Source: a virus
Taxonomy: Duplodnaviria > Caudoviricetes
Length of the DNA: 60,067 nt
Virus record (IMG/VR): IMGVR_UViG_3300048623_000045
Coordinates: 1-60,067 of that record
Direction: 5' to 3' (one strand)
The notes beneath the pieces were generated by a model. It did no database searches and was not told the DNA's origin. It saw only the letters and a program-made list of their open reading frames with translations. Of the stretch, positions 48,094-56,990 are shown piece after piece (positions within the stretch are counted from its first letter, which is position 1; every line of letters starts with the position of its first letter). Both the position numbers and the translations under genes were made by a program.

Positions 48094-48399
48094 ATGGATG
48101 TCAACCTGGACACCGCCTACTGGCTGGGTCTGGCCATCTCCTTCGTACTCCCGGTCCTGGTGGGCCTGGTCACCTCCGCGAACATCCCGGCCGGGGTGAA
48201 GGCGGTCCTGCACCTGTTCCTGTCCGCTGTGCTGTCCTTCCTCACCGAGTGGTCCACGGCCCCGGACGGATTCGACTTCGGCACTGCGCTGGTCCTGACC
48301 GCGGTCTCGTTCGTCGTCGGTGTAGCCGCGCACTTCGGCTTCTACAAGCCCACCACGATCAGTGCGAAGGTCCAGTCCGCCTTCACCACCGCAGCCTGA
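48094..48399 (+). CDS. Holin
   Basis: Three TM segments directly after the endolysin. Confidence 0.75.
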   Translation: MDVNLDTAYWLGLAISFVLPVLVGLVTSANIPAGVKAVLHLFLSAVLSFLTEWSTAPDGFDFGTALVLTAVSFVVGVAAHFGFYKPTTISAKVQSAFTTAA

Positions 48400-48411
48400 G
48401 GAGCACCGACG

Positions 48412-48618
48412 ATGGCGATGGATGACCGGATCATTCACCTGGTCCGCCAGGAAGTGGACCGCGTACTGACCGAGGCGGACGCCGGTCCCGACAGCCTGCA
48501 CACCGAGCTGCACGCGCTGGCCACCAAGGTGGACGCGCTGACTGCCCGAGTGGCAGCGCTGGAAGCCCAGATCACTCAGCGTCCGGCCCGTGCGAGGAAG
48601 GCGACGGACCCCGCGTGA
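48412..48618 (+). CDS. Small coiled-coil protein
   Basis: GAGGAG RBS; heptad repeats. Confidence 0.55.
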   Translation: MAMDDRIIHLVRQEVDRVLTEADAGPDSLHTELHALATKVDALTARVAALEAQITQRPARARKATDPA

Positions 48619-49685
48619 AGGTGCTGGTATACCCCACGGACAGTTGGGCCGGGGGCCTGCTGCGCATGACCGGGCCCGGTGAGGCGCTGCGCCGGGCCGG
48701 GCACGACGTGACCGTGGTGAAGCAGGCGGACCGCCGCGTCATGCTGCACATGCGGGGTGAAGAGGTGGTCAAGGTGGACACCGAAGCGGACGTGGTGGTG
48801 TTCCAGAGGATCACGAACAGCCGGCTCGCGCAGGCGGTGAGCGTGCTGCGCCAGCAGGGCACCGCGGTGGTCGTGGACGTGGACGACGACCTCACCTCGG
48901 TGCACCCGGACAACCCGGCGTGGCACGGGCTCCACCCCCGCAACGAGGGGCGCAAGCTGCCGGGCGGGACCGTGTCCATGTCGTCCTGGCGCAACCTGAA
49001 CGCGGCGTGCCGGGCGGCCACGCTGGTCACGGTATCCACGAAGGCTCTGCTGCCCGTGTACGCGGCGCACGGCCGGGGCGTGGTGCTGGACAACTACCTT
49101 CCCTCCGCGTACGACGACGTACCGCATGTGGACTCCGACATCATCGGCTGGCCCGCGTCGCTGCACTCCCACCCCAACGACCCGGAAGCGGTCGGTGCGG
49201 CCGTCTCCCGGCTGGTGGCGGAGGGCGCCAGGTTCGAGGTGCGTGGGGACCCGGCCGGGTGCGCGCGGGCGTTCGGGCTGCCGGAGGAGCCGGAGGGCGG
49301 AAGGATCCCGCTGGAACAGTGGCCGGAATCCGTCGGTCGGATCGGCATCGGCATCGCCCCGCTGGCGGACACCCGCTTCAACCGGGCCAAGTCCCGGCTC
49401 AAGCCGTTGGAGATGTGTGCGGCGGGTGTCCCGTGGGTGGCCTCGCCCCGTCCGGAGTACGCCCGGCTGCACGCGGCCGGCTCCGGCATCCTGGCGGACC
49501 GCCCGCGCACCTGGTACCGGGAGCTGAAGCGGCTGCGGGAGTCCCCGGCGCTGCGGGAGGAACTGTCCCAGGCGGTGGCTGCGGCGAACCGGCTGGAGGA
49601 CCATGCCTGGCGTTGGCGCGCGGCATGGGGGAAGGCGTACGAACTCCAGCGGGGAGTTCGTACGCCTTCGGTGATCGGGGTCTAG
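48615..49685 (+). CDS. Glycosyltransferase, GT-B/GT4-like
   Basis: VVFQR, DVDDDL, VTVST, IGIAPL..FNRAKS.LK.LE. Confidence 0.82.
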   Translation: MKVLVYPTDSWAGGLLRMTGPGEALRRAGHDVTVVKQADRRVMLHMRGEEVVKVDTEADVVVFQRITNSRLAQAVSVLRQQGTAVVVDVDDDLTSVHPDNPAWHGLHPRNEGRKLPGGTVSMSSWRNLNAACRAATLVTVSTKALLPVYAAHGRGVVLDNYLPSAYDDVPHVDSDIIGWPASLHSHPNDPEAVGAAVSRLVAEGARFEVRGDPAGCARAFGLPEEPEGGRIPLEQWPESVGRIGIGIAPLADTRFNRAKSRLKPLEMCAAGVPWVASPRPEYARLHAAGSGILADRPRTWYRELKRLRESPALREELSQAVAAANRLEDHAWRWRAAWGKAYELQRGVRTPSVIGV

Positions 49686-49924
49686 CTCGGGATGTAGAAC
49701 ATGCACGTGCAGCTACGCACCCGGGCCAAGGATGCGTTGCATGTCGGGTCGTTGTCCCCTGTGTGCGCCGCTTCCAGGTGTCCGCAGTCCTGGCACGTGG
49801 CCGGTTCCTCCGCCCGGACCTCCGCCACCAGGGCATCGAGCAGGACCGGGAACCTCACCGCGTACCCGGCGTTCGCCCCGTACTGCTTCACGAACGTGTC
49901 CAGTGCCTCGCGTGCCCCGCTCAT
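49682..49924 (-). CDS. Hypothetical protein
   Basis: ATGA overlap; C/H-rich C-terminus. Confidence 0.55.
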   Translation of the reverse strand: MSGAREALDTFVKQYGANAGYAVRFPVLLDALVAEVRAEEPATCQDCGHLEAAHTGDNDPTCNASLARVRSCTCMFYIPS

Positions 49925-50190
49925 GATCCGTCCTCTTCGTCCCGGAGAGCGAAGCCGTAGCCTTCCCAGTTGTCCACCCCGGCAGCCTCCAGCTTGCCCA
50001 GTCGCTCGGACCGAGCTTCCAGCTTGGCGATCGTGGCCCGAAGCTGCTGGGCCTGGATCAACAGGTCCGTCCTCGCCACGGTCTCCCGCTCAAGCCCGTA
50101 CATGTCCAGAGCCTGGACGAACTCCATGTACTTCGACCGGCCCGGGTTCAGCTCGGACAGATCGATTACCCGCTGACGTGCGTCTTCCAT
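49921..50190 (-). CDS. Hypothetical protein
   Basis: GGAGG RBS; LEAAGVDNWEGY motif common in small phage proteins. Confidence 0.65.
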   Translation of the reverse strand: MEDARQRVIDLSELNPGRSKYMEFVQALDMYGLERETVARTDLLIQAQQLRATIAKLEARSERLGKLEAAGVDNWEGYGFALRDEEDGS

Positions 50191-50200
50191 GATTCCTCCA

Positions 50201-50374
50201 TCAGTCTGTCTCGATCAGTTCGTTCAGTTCTGCGATCCGGGCCCGTATCGCTTTGGTCTGCTTCAGCAGGGCCGTGCGCCGGGCCGGGTCGTCGCACTCC
50301 CACAGATCGGTGATCTTGCGGTTCAGCGCGCGGTCCAGGTTCTCCGCATGCTCGCGCAGGTCATCGGTCGTCAT
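50201..50374 (-). CDS. Hypothetical protein
   Basis: Short helical ORF; start uncertain. Confidence 0.45.
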   Translation of the reverse strand: MTTDDLREHAENLDRALNRKITDLWECDDPARRTALLKQTKAIRARIAELNELIETD

Positions 50375-50795
50375 CACCATCAGGCTGTTGTCCTTCACGC
50401 CCGCGTTCCGTGCGCCACGACCGTCCGCAGGCAAGACACGCGTCGTGGTCCTCGATTCGAATGAGTGTGCTACACGAGCAGACCGGGCACTTGGACCGGG
50501 TACGGATTCTGGCCATCGCCGTGCGCTGGGCCAGCGTGGTCCCGGCCCACACGTCCGGGGACTTGGTCTTCAGCGCCAGAGCCAGGCACTGGACCCGCAC
50601 CGGGCACCGGCCGCAGTACTTCTCCTCGGCCAGCTCCGCCCGTTCCGCCTCGCCCGTGTCCGCTACGAACAACGGATCGTCGGTCCCGCTGCACGCGCCC
50701 AGATCCATCCACCACGGGCGCGGAGGCAGCACCGGAGCGCGGCCGGGGGAGATCGAGACCATCGTACGGGGACGCGGCCGTACCACGGTGCTCAC
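50361..50795 (-). CDS. whiB: WhiB-family transcription factor with C-terminal Zn ribbon
   Basis: ACSGTD..LF...CGRCPVRVQC...VWAG...R, then CPVC...CLAC. Confidence 0.85.
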   Translation of the reverse strand: MSTVVRPRPRTMVSISPGRAPVLPPRPWWMDLGACSGTDDPLFVADTGEAERAELAEEKYCGRCPVRVQCLALALKTKSPDVWAGTTLAQRTAMARIRTRSKCPVCSCSTLIRIEDHDACLACGRSWRTERGREGQQPDGDDDR

Positions 50796-51334
50796 GACCC
50801 GTGGGCTCGGCGGATGCGGTCGCGCCAGGCCAGGTAGGCAGGTTCGCTGAGCGTCAGGTCGTCAGAGCCCGGTTCCGCTGCCGGGGCGGCCGCACAGTCC
50901 CCCGGAGGACTCGTATTGACGGCCGGGCATGTGGGGTCCAAGCACATCGGAAGGTCGGCCACGTCCTGGGCCATGTCGTCCCGGAGCCGCTGCACCTGGC
51001 GGGCGTGGCGCCCTTGTGCGGGACGGGCCTCCCGCTCGGCCTGCGTCTCCAGGTGCAGCGGGATGTCCCCCGGCTCGCTGCGGGCCAGCGCATCGGTCCA
51101 GGTCTCGTGGTCCACGCCGGGGTGCAGCTCGGGGCAGGCGCAGGTGTCCGCGTCCCGGTCCGTGGCCAGCCAGGTGCGCAGGGCGGAGACCTGGTTCGCC
51201 GACAGGGTGATCCTGGCCTCCCCGTCCTCGCTGCCCCGGGCCTGCTTGACGAAGACCAGCAGGCCCCCGCCGTCCACGTCCTCGCAGACCAGTTCCGCGT
51301 ACGCGCTGCGCTCGGTGAAGTGTCCGTACACCAT
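50792..51334 (-). CDS. Hypothetical protein
   Basis: GACGGAGGACG RBS and AT-rich promoter motif upstream. Confidence 0.6.
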   Translation of the reverse strand: MVYGHFTERSAYAELVCEDVDGGGLLVFVKQARGSEDGEARITLSANQVSALRTWLATDRDADTCACPELHPGVDHETWTDALARSEPGDIPLHLETQAEREARPAQGRHARQVQRLRDDMAQDVADLPMCLDPTCPAVNTSPPGDCAAAPAAEPGSDDLTLSEPAYLAWRDRIRRAHGS

Positions 51335-51370
51335 GTCCGTCCTCCGTCCGTTGTCAGTTTGATTAAAGCA

Positions 51371-51401
51371 CCGCCCCGGTCCCTTGCGGAGACCGGGGCG
51401 G
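51371..51401 (-). terminator. Stem-loop
   Basis: ccgccccggtc / gaccggggcgg. Confidence 0.55.
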
Positions 51402-51407
51402 GAGTCG

Positions 51408-51767
51408 TTACGCAGCCAGCTTGTGGGCCGCACGGGCGAAGATCCCGGCAGCGGTGATGTCCTTCGGGCGGTACACGGACAGCCGGGCGGTGAAGGTGGC
51501 CAGGTCGTACAGCTTGACCGGGACCAGCTTGGTCCGGCGCCCCTTGAGCTTGATCACCGTCTCGCCCGTGGCGGTCGGGGTGACCTTGGTGCTGAACGCT
51601 CCGGAGAACCGCTTCGCGGTGGCCGCGTCGATCCCGGCCGCGATCATGTGCGTCTTCGCCGGCTGCGGGGCCTCGGTGGCCACGGCCTTGACGGCACGAC
51701 GGGTGGTGCGGGTGGCCTTGCTGCGGGCTGCGACCGTCCGGCGGTTCGTGCGGCTGCTGGCGTTCAT
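51408..51767 (-). CDS. Basic hypothetical protein
   Basis: GACGGAGG RBS; TTGCGC-18-TTTAAT promoter. Confidence 0.65.
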   Translation of the reverse strand: MNASSRTNRRTVAARSKATRTTRRAVKAVATEAPQPAKTHMIAAGIDAATAKRFSGAFSTKVTPTATGETVIKLKGRRTKLVPVKLYDLATFTARLSVYRPKDITAAGIFARAAHKLAA

Positions 51768-51842
51768 CGGGTCCTCCGTCGTCTGTCCGGTGCTGTCCTG
51801 CTGAATTAATTAAACCACAGACTCGGCGTCGCGCGCAACACA

Positions 51843-51871
51843 GAACCCCCGCCTGATTCAGGCGGGGGTTC
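51843..51871 (-). terminator. Stem-loop terminator
   Basis: gaacccccgcctga-t-tcaggcgggggttc. Confidence 0.65.
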
Positions 51872-51883
51872 CAGGGTCGGGGG

Positions 51884-52030
51884 TCAGCGCTGGCGGTCGT
51901 ACTCGTCGATGGTCGTTCCGGGCTGGGGGTTCTCCACCCGGGGCGGGGGCGTGGCCGTGGTGTGCTGCTTGACCGGTTCGGCGTTGCCGACCTGCTGCGA
52001 GGCGGCGTCGAGCGCGCTGGCGTCAGACAT
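51884..52030 (-). CDS. Small protein MSDASALD...DEYDRQR (48 aa)
   Basis: AAGGAG RBS; not in the supplied ORF track. Confidence 0.5.
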   Translation of the reverse strand: MSDASALDAASQQVGNAEPVKQHTTATPPPRVENPQPGTTIDEYDRQR

Positions 52031-52085
52031 CTTCTTCTCCTTGGGATCGTTCCCGGTCTTCTTCTTCCGGCTCCCGGCCGGCGGA

Positions 52086-52247
52086 TCAGCGCTGGCGGTC
52101 GGACCAGGCCTGGCCCTTGGCCGCGTTCTTCTTCAGGTTCTTCCAGTGGCCGGCGGACCGGCCGGCGGTCCCAGCCTTCCACTGGGCCGTGGCCTTGCTC
52201 CGGCTGGCGTAGCTGTAGGAGTCACTGCGCCTGAAGGGGTTCCGCAT
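52086..52247 (-). CDS. Small basic protein MRNPFRR...WSDRQR (53 aa)
   Basis: GACGGAGGAAC RBS; TTGCGG-17-TTTAAT promoter upstream. Confidence 0.55.
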   Translation of the reverse strand: MRNPFRRSDSYSYASRSKATAQWKAGTAGRSAGHWKNLKKNAAKGQAWSDRQR

Positions 52248-52440
52248 GGGATGTTCCTCCGTCGTGGATCCGGTGTCTGTGGCGGAGGGCGGTTGCGACC
52301 CCGGTTGCCCGGTCGAGACCTGAGGTCTCTCGTCCCGCCCTCCGTCTGATTTAATTAAAGCAGAGTTCCTCAGTGTCCGCAACCCGGGGACGACCACCAG
52401 CCGCACTTCGCGCAGAACGCGTTCAGGCGCAGGATCCAGT

Positions 52441-54195
52441 TCACGAGCCGTCGCCCCCGCAGTCGGTGTCCGCCACCCGCAGCCGGTAGTCGTCCCCGTC
52501 CCGGACCACTTCGTCCTTCTCCAGCATCTTCGCCAGGGCGCCGTGGACGGAGGACTTCGCGCGGCCTGTCCTGTCCGCCAGCTCGGACAGGGACAGGCTG
52601 TCCGAGGACAGCAGCAGGACAGTCCAGATGTCCAGGGACACCGTGGACGCTGTCCTGTCCGGGACAGCGGACAGGACAGGACTCGGGACAGGACAGTCGG
52701 CGGACAGGGACTGTCCGGCTGTCCGGATCGGGAGGACAGTCCTGTCCTCCGCCCTGTCCGTGTCCTGTCCGCTGCCCGCCGTCCCGGACAGGGCTCGGAA
52801 ACTGTCCACGGACAGCCAGACAGCCTTCGCGTCCACCGGTTCGGTGTGCGTGTCGTCCTGGACCAGCAGCCAGCCGGGGCCGTACAGATCCTGCGGGGCC
52901 CAGCCGGCGGACACGTCGTCGTCACCGAAGACCACGCGCGCTTCCCCGTCGGTACGAAGCTTCATACACACCGTGGCGTTGAGCTGGGACCGAATCTCGG
53001 TCGGGAGCGAAGCGGCCTTCGGGAACTGGGTGGCCCACACCCAGTACACCCCGAGCGCCCGGCCCTGCTCCACGGCGGTGAACAGCCGCTTCAGCGGGGC
53101 ACCCTTCGCGCCGGCCTTCCCTCCCTCTTCCTCTGCTTCCTCGCGCCACTCCCCGAAGCCACGGACCAGGGCATTGCCCTCATCGACCACGATGACCAGT
53201 GCCGGATCCCACGGCGTCTCCACCCATTCGGAGACGCCGCGCTCCTTCATCTTCGCCGCGCGTCGGGGGAACTCGGTATCCAGCAGCCAGTCCACCCGGG
53301 ACACCGCGTCCCCCACCGAGGTCACCTGGTGCGCCTTGCCCGCGTAGTGCTGGGCCTCCACCCCGTGCTTGAAGTCCCAGACGTCCAGCTCGGCATCGAT
53401 CGCCGCGGCGACGTGCGCCCCGATCAGCCGCTGAGCGCAGGACTTTCCGGAGCCGGAGGTGCCGAAGACGCCGATGCGCTGCTTCAGGTCCAGCTCCACC
53501 GTATCCCCGAACGCGGTCACCGCCAGCTTCAACGGGTGCGCCAGGCGGACCGGGACGGCAGGGGCCTCCCACGGCACCCCGTCCGCCAGCGGGTCCCGCA
53601 GCCGTACGTCCACGATGCCGCGGCCGGCTGTGACCCCCTTGCGCAGACGGATCGTCCCGGAGAGAACGTCCAGCCCGGTTTCGAGCTGGTCCACACCCCG
53701 CTGCACAACGGCGAAGTCCAGGCGCCCCCGGAATTCCACATGCACGGCCACGCCGTACGGGGTCGCCTCCATCTCCCCGCGCTCCAGTCCGGCCAGGTTC
53801 CGGTCACGGCACATTGCAGACCAGGATTCCTTCTGGAGCTTCTGGGCCAGCGCCTGCGGGATACCGAGCTTGTGCGCGAGCAGTTTCGCCCGGGGACCGT
53901 CCATCAGGGACGCCCCCTTTTCCGCTGCCTTTTCCAGGACCGGCGCGGGTGAATTCCCCCGGAGCTGTTCCATGCCGACGACCGGCAGCGCTTCCGGAGC
54001 GCTTCCAGAGCCCTTCGTGTCCTGCTTCGGACCCGTCTGCGGCACGGTCCGGTTCCGGCGCCCGGTCCACTTCACCGCGACCGCGATACCGACCGCGACG
54101 ACCAGGGTGAACACCCCTCCCGCGCTGATCCCGCTGTCCGGCTGCTGCTCGGTGACCGGCTGCGCCGGAACCGCTGTGGATGCCCCGTACTCCAT
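52441..54195 (-). CDS. traB: TraB-type FtsK/SpoIIIE conjugative DNA translocase
   Basis: N-terminal TM, GTSGSGKS Walker A, IVVDEG Walker B, QGRALGV..ATQFP, C-terminal wHTH (LSELADRTGRAKSSVHGAL). Confidence 0.85.
   Translation of the reverse strand: MEYGASTAVPAQPVTEQQPDSGISAGGVFTLVVAVGIAVAVKWTGRRNRTVPQTGPKQDTKGSGSAPEALPVVGMEQLRGNSPAPVLEKAAEKGASLMDGPRAKLLAHKLGIPQALAQKLQKESWSAMCRDRNLAGLERGEMEATPYGVAVHVEFRGRLDFAVVQRGVDQLETGLDVLSGTIRLRKGVTAGRGIVDVRLRDPLADGVPWEAPAVPVRLAHPLKLAVTAFGDTVELDLKQRIGVFGTSGSGKSCAQRLIGAHVAAAIDAELDVWDFKHGVEAQHYAGKAHQVTSVGDAVSRVDWLLDTEFPRRAAKMKERGVSEWVETPWDPALVIVVDEGNALVRGFGEWREEAEEEGGKAGAKGAPLKRLFTAVEQGRALGVYWVWATQFPKAASLPTEIRSQLNATVCMKLRTDGEARVVFGDDDVSAGWAPQDLYGPGWLLVQDDTHTEPVDAKAVWLSVDSFRALSGTAGSGQDTDRAEDRTVLPIRTAGQSLSADCPVPSPVLSAVPDRTASTVSLDIWTVLLLSSDSLSLSELADRTGRAKSSVHGALAKMLEKDEVVRDGDDYRLRVADTDCGGDGS
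52565..52825. repeat. Dense TGTCC/GGACA repeats in the 3' end of traB (clt-like)
   Basis: Many ctgtcc/ggacag copies in both orientations. Confidence 0.75.
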
Positions 54196-54218
54196 GATCC
54201 TCTTCCCTTCCGGTCACT

Positions 54219-54326
54219 GTTCGGTGTTCGTTCGTTCGGTGTTCGTTCGGTGCGTTCGCCCAGGTCGGCTACCGCCGAACGGCCCCGGAGGGTCTTTCCG
54301 GGGCCGAACGAACACCGAACGAACGG
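54219..54326. repeat. GTTCG repeat array forming a 22-bp perfect inverted repeat upstream of traB
   Basis: cgttcgttcggtgttcgttcgg (54229-54250) / ccgaacgaacaccgaacgaacg (54304-54325). Confidence 0.8.
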
Positions 54327-54821
54327 CTACATGTACCCAGCGACCCAGCCACCGAGGGTGTCCACGCCGGGCGCCATGAGGGTGGCGAAGAACCCGGCCA
54401 CGCCCGAGGACAGGGCCAGGCAGGTGCCGCTGACGAAGTACAGCGAGACCTCCAGCCGGCTGATCTTCCTGGACCTCAGGAAGACCAGGACCAGCACCAC
54501 GGTCGCCACCAGCACGACCAGGTGGCCGGGCGGGGTGAGCACCATGGAGACGGAACGTGTGACGTTCGATGTCCCGCTTCCGACGCCGTACAGAAGGGCT
54601 TTGTCCCCGACCTGGTTGGAGCCCCACAGAGAAATGTGCGCGAGCCATCCCAGGGCCCCGCCTGCGGACAGCGTGAGCAGCATTCCGTAGAGGAAGATCG
54701 GGAGGAACGGCAGAACCAGTCCCCGCCATCCCTTGGCCTTTCCCCCCATGACCCACAGCGTGATATGCCCGGCAATGATGGCGAGACCTACGGCCAGGCC
54801 TCCGAGCGATACGTAATTCAT
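54327..54821 (-). CDS. Multi-pass membrane protein (transfer/spread module)
   Basis: About four TM segments; AAGGAGG RBS; directly upstream of traB. Confidence 0.7.
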   Translation of the reverse strand: MNYVSLGGLAVGLAIIAGHITLWVMGGKAKGWRGLVLPFLPIFLYGMLLTLSAGGALGWLAHISLWGSNQVGDKALLYGVGSGTSNVTRSVSMVLTPPGHLVVLVATVVLVLVFLRSRKISRLEVSLYFVSGTCLALSSGVAGFFATLMAPGVDTLGGWVAGYM

Positions 54822-54835
54822 GGCCGTTCCTCCTT

Positions 54836-54988
54836 TCAGTTCAGTACGGCGAGCGCCCCGGACAGGGCGCCGAGAGCGAAGACAGCGGCGAATAACGCGC
54901 CCCGGTCCGGGGTCCCGGGAGGGCGCTGGGTCCGGATCCCGATCAGGGCAATGGCCATGAACAGCGGCCAGACGAAGGCGATGCTCAT
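54836..54988 (-). CDS. Small membrane protein (50 aa)
   Basis: MSIAFVWPLF...; two hydrophobic stretches. Confidence 0.55.
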   Translation of the reverse strand: MSIAFVWPLFMAIALIGIRTQRPPGTPDRGALFAAVFALGALSGALAVLN

Positions 54989-55296
54989 GAGCGGGACACC
55001 TTCCGGGCGGACTGCGCGAGTACGGCCAGGGCGACCGATGCGGCTGCGGGGGCGCTGCTGTGGCCGTGTCCCAGCAGCGCGGTGACCTGGACCAGGGCGG
55101 GTGCGAGAACGGCCGGTACAGGGCCGTACGCGGCGCTGAGGTCCAGCAGCGCCTTCGTGCCCGCCACCAGCGTCACCGCAGCAGCGGCCACCGGCCCCAG
55201 CCCCGCCACCAGCGCGGGGGACAGGCCTTCCGCTGCCACCGCGCCGGCCGCTGTGTTCGCCGCGGCGTACGCGGCCCATCCGATGGTGCTGCTCAT
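54985..55296 (-). CDS. Small Ala-rich membrane protein
   Basis: GACGGAGGAAG RBS; hydrophobic. Confidence 0.6.
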   Translation of the reverse strand: MSSTIGWAAYAAANTAAGAVAAEGLSPALVAGLGPVAAAAVTLVAGTKALLDLSAAYGPVPAVLAPALVQVTALLGHGHSSAPAAASVALAVLAQSARKVSRS

Positions 55297-55388
55297 CTCT
55301 TCCTCCGTCGTCCCGGTCGTTTCCGTCTGCTACGTGCGCTCCTCCGCCGTGACGCGGGTGCCGGACTCATCCGGGGGAGCGCGGGGTT

Positions 55389-55520
55389 CTAGCGGACGCC
55401 CTTGCCTCCGCAGGCTCCGCAGTTCTGCCAGGAAGACCGGGTGGTCTTGCCGTCCTGGGTGGTCACCATGCGGCCCTTGGCCCCGTTGCAGGCGCCACAG
55501 GTGCGGGCTTCGTATCCCAT
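55389..55520 (-). CDS. DnaJ-type CxxCxGxG Zn-finger peptide (MGYEARTCGACNGAKG...CGACGGKGVR, 43 aa)
   Basis: GAGGA RBS; two CxxCxG repeats, a type of small ORF seen in actinomycete conjugative elements. Confidence 0.6.
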   Translation of the reverse strand: MGYEARTCGACNGAKGRMVTTQDGKTTRSSWQNCGACGGKGVR

Positions 55521-55546
55521 CTCGGTTCCTCTTCTCGGTTGTCGGT

Positions 55547-56509
55547 TCACACGGCCTGGGACAGGTCGCCCCGGGCTCGCTGGATCGCCTTGCGGATGCT
55601 GTCCGCCTTCGTGTCCGCTCCGTATTCGGTGCGGACAGCGGAGGACAGGTCGGTGTCGGACAGTCCGGGATCGGCGGACAGGAGTCCCCGGACGAACGCC
55701 CGCTGGGACAGCCTCCCGGACAGGTCCGCAGGGGTGTCCCGGGCTGTCCTGGGGATCGCTGTCCTGTCCTGTCCGTTGTCCTCAGGACTGTCCTGGGACA
55801 GGACAGGGACTGTCCGAGGGGTGTCCTGTCCGGTCGGGACAGCCCGGACAACTTCGGTCCGGCTGTCCTGGACAGGGGCAGACAGCGCCAGCGTCTCGGT
55901 CGCGATGCGGGACTGGGTGCGGGTGAGCTGGCGCCGGGCCGCTGTGACCGCCAGCGTGGCGTTGACCTCCGCGCGCTCCGCGCTCAGCCAGGCCTCCGAC
56001 GCCGGGTCCATGGCCACCGACGTGTGCCGCATGACCACCGTGGCCATGCCCTTGGCGATGACCGAGACGGCCCCGCCGCAGGCTCCGAGGACCGTGCCCC
56101 GGCCCGACCAGTCCACGGTCCCGGCCATCAGCGCCGTGCCCCCGTTGGAGGCCCCGTGCAGGGTGATCAGGCACACCGACAGGGCCAGCGCGACCCACCC
56201 GCAGGTGACCGGGAGGGCTGCGCGGGCCCGGTCGAACCGGCACAGCCATTCCAGGATCAGGCAGACGATCCAGGCCAGGTCGAACACTCCGGCCACCAGG
56301 TACGCGGCCCATACGGGCGCCACGCCGGACAGCAGACCGCCGATCGCGACCGTGGACCAGGTGATGGCGCCGGCCACCGCCAGGGACGCGGCGGTGAGCA
56401 CCGCGGTGAGCGCCATCGCGTCGTAGTCCCGGGGTACCTGGAACTCCTGCGGAACGAGGTGCTGCTTCCCGTCCCGCTCCACCGGGACCATGCGGGTGAC
56501 CGTTTTCAT
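55547..56509 (-). CDS. Spd-type (SpdB-like) plasmid spread membrane protein
   Basis: PRDYD, WSTVAIGGLL, VFDLAWIVC..LEW; four TMs, coiled coil, repeat-encoded C-terminus. Confidence 0.7.
   Translation of the reverse strand: MKTVTRMVPVERDGKQHLVPQEFQVPRDYDAMALTAVLTAASLAVAGAITWSTVAIGGLLSGVAPVWAAYLVAGVFDLAWIVCLILEWLCRFDRARAALPVTCGWVALALSVCLITLHGASNGGTALMAGTVDWSGRGTVLGACGGAVSVIAKGMATVVMRHTSVAMDPASEAWLSAERAEVNATLAVTAARRQLTRTQSRIATETLALSAPVQDSRTEVVRAVPTGQDTPRTVPVLSQDSPEDNGQDRTAIPRTARDTPADLSGRLSQRAFVRGLLSADPGLSDTDLSSAVRTEYGADTKADSIRKAIQRARGDLSQAV
55558..55885. repeat. TGTCC/GGACA repeats in the 3' end of the spd-like gene
   Basis: Same core as the traB and 56602 arrays, both orientations. Confidence 0.7.
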
Positions 56510-56601
56510 CGCTTCCTCCGTCGGTGTCTCGGTGCGTCTGAATTAACTATACCAGAACACCGTAACCTAACCGGTACAGCTAGGACAACCCCCTTCGCCG
56601 C

Positions 56602-56675
56602 GCTGTCCTGTCCGCTGTCCTGTCCGCTGTCCTGTCCGCTGTCCTGTCCGCTGTCCTGTCCGCTGTCCGCTGTCC
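56602..56675. repeat. Tandem array (GCTGTCCTGTCC)x5 + (GCTGTCC)x2, candidate clt locus
   Basis: Five perfect 12-mers 56602-56661 then two heptamers; intergenic, upstream of the spd/tra operon. Confidence 0.85.
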
Positions 56676-56684
56676 GGGCACGAC

Positions 56685-56720
56685 GAAGCCCCTGCCGGGA
56701 ACGTTCCCGGCAGGGGCTTC
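56685..56720 (-). terminator. 36-bp perfect palindrome / terminator
   Basis: gaagcccctgccgggaac|gttcccggcaggggcttc. Confidence 0.65.
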
Positions 56721-56744
56721 GGGTGGGGCTGAGTTCGGGCTGTC

Positions 56745-56927
56745 TTACCGGGCCCACCAGAACTTCCGCTTCTTCGCTTCGGCGCGGTGCTTGGCGTCCA
56801 GGTCGTGGAAGGCCTGGACCTGCTCCGTGTTCCAGCCCAGCTCTCCGTCCGGGTAGTGGTGGAGCCGGTCCCGGATCACGTCGAAAACGTCTTCCAGGAC
56901 ACCCACCTGTACGTCCGTCAGTTCCAT
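56745..56927 (-). CDS. Hypothetical protein
   Basis: GAGGA RBS, 60 aa. Confidence 0.6.
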   Translation of the reverse strand: MELTDVQVGVLEDVFDVIRDRLHHYPDGELGWNTEQVQAFHDLDAKHRAEAKKRKFWWAR

Positions 56928-56990
56928 GGTCTTCCTCAGTCGTCTCTGTCCGTCTTACTGGGTGAACGGCTTCGGGTTGAGCTGGATTAG

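Noticed and set aside
56602-56675. Possible CRISPR array
   Set aside because: Tandem 12-mers with no spacers and no cas operon; the Cas4-like gene is a phage recombination nuclease
56506-56757. 83-aa ORF with DSGQ repeats
   Set aside because: Simply a translation of the tandem repeat and terminator; crosses the spd promoter region
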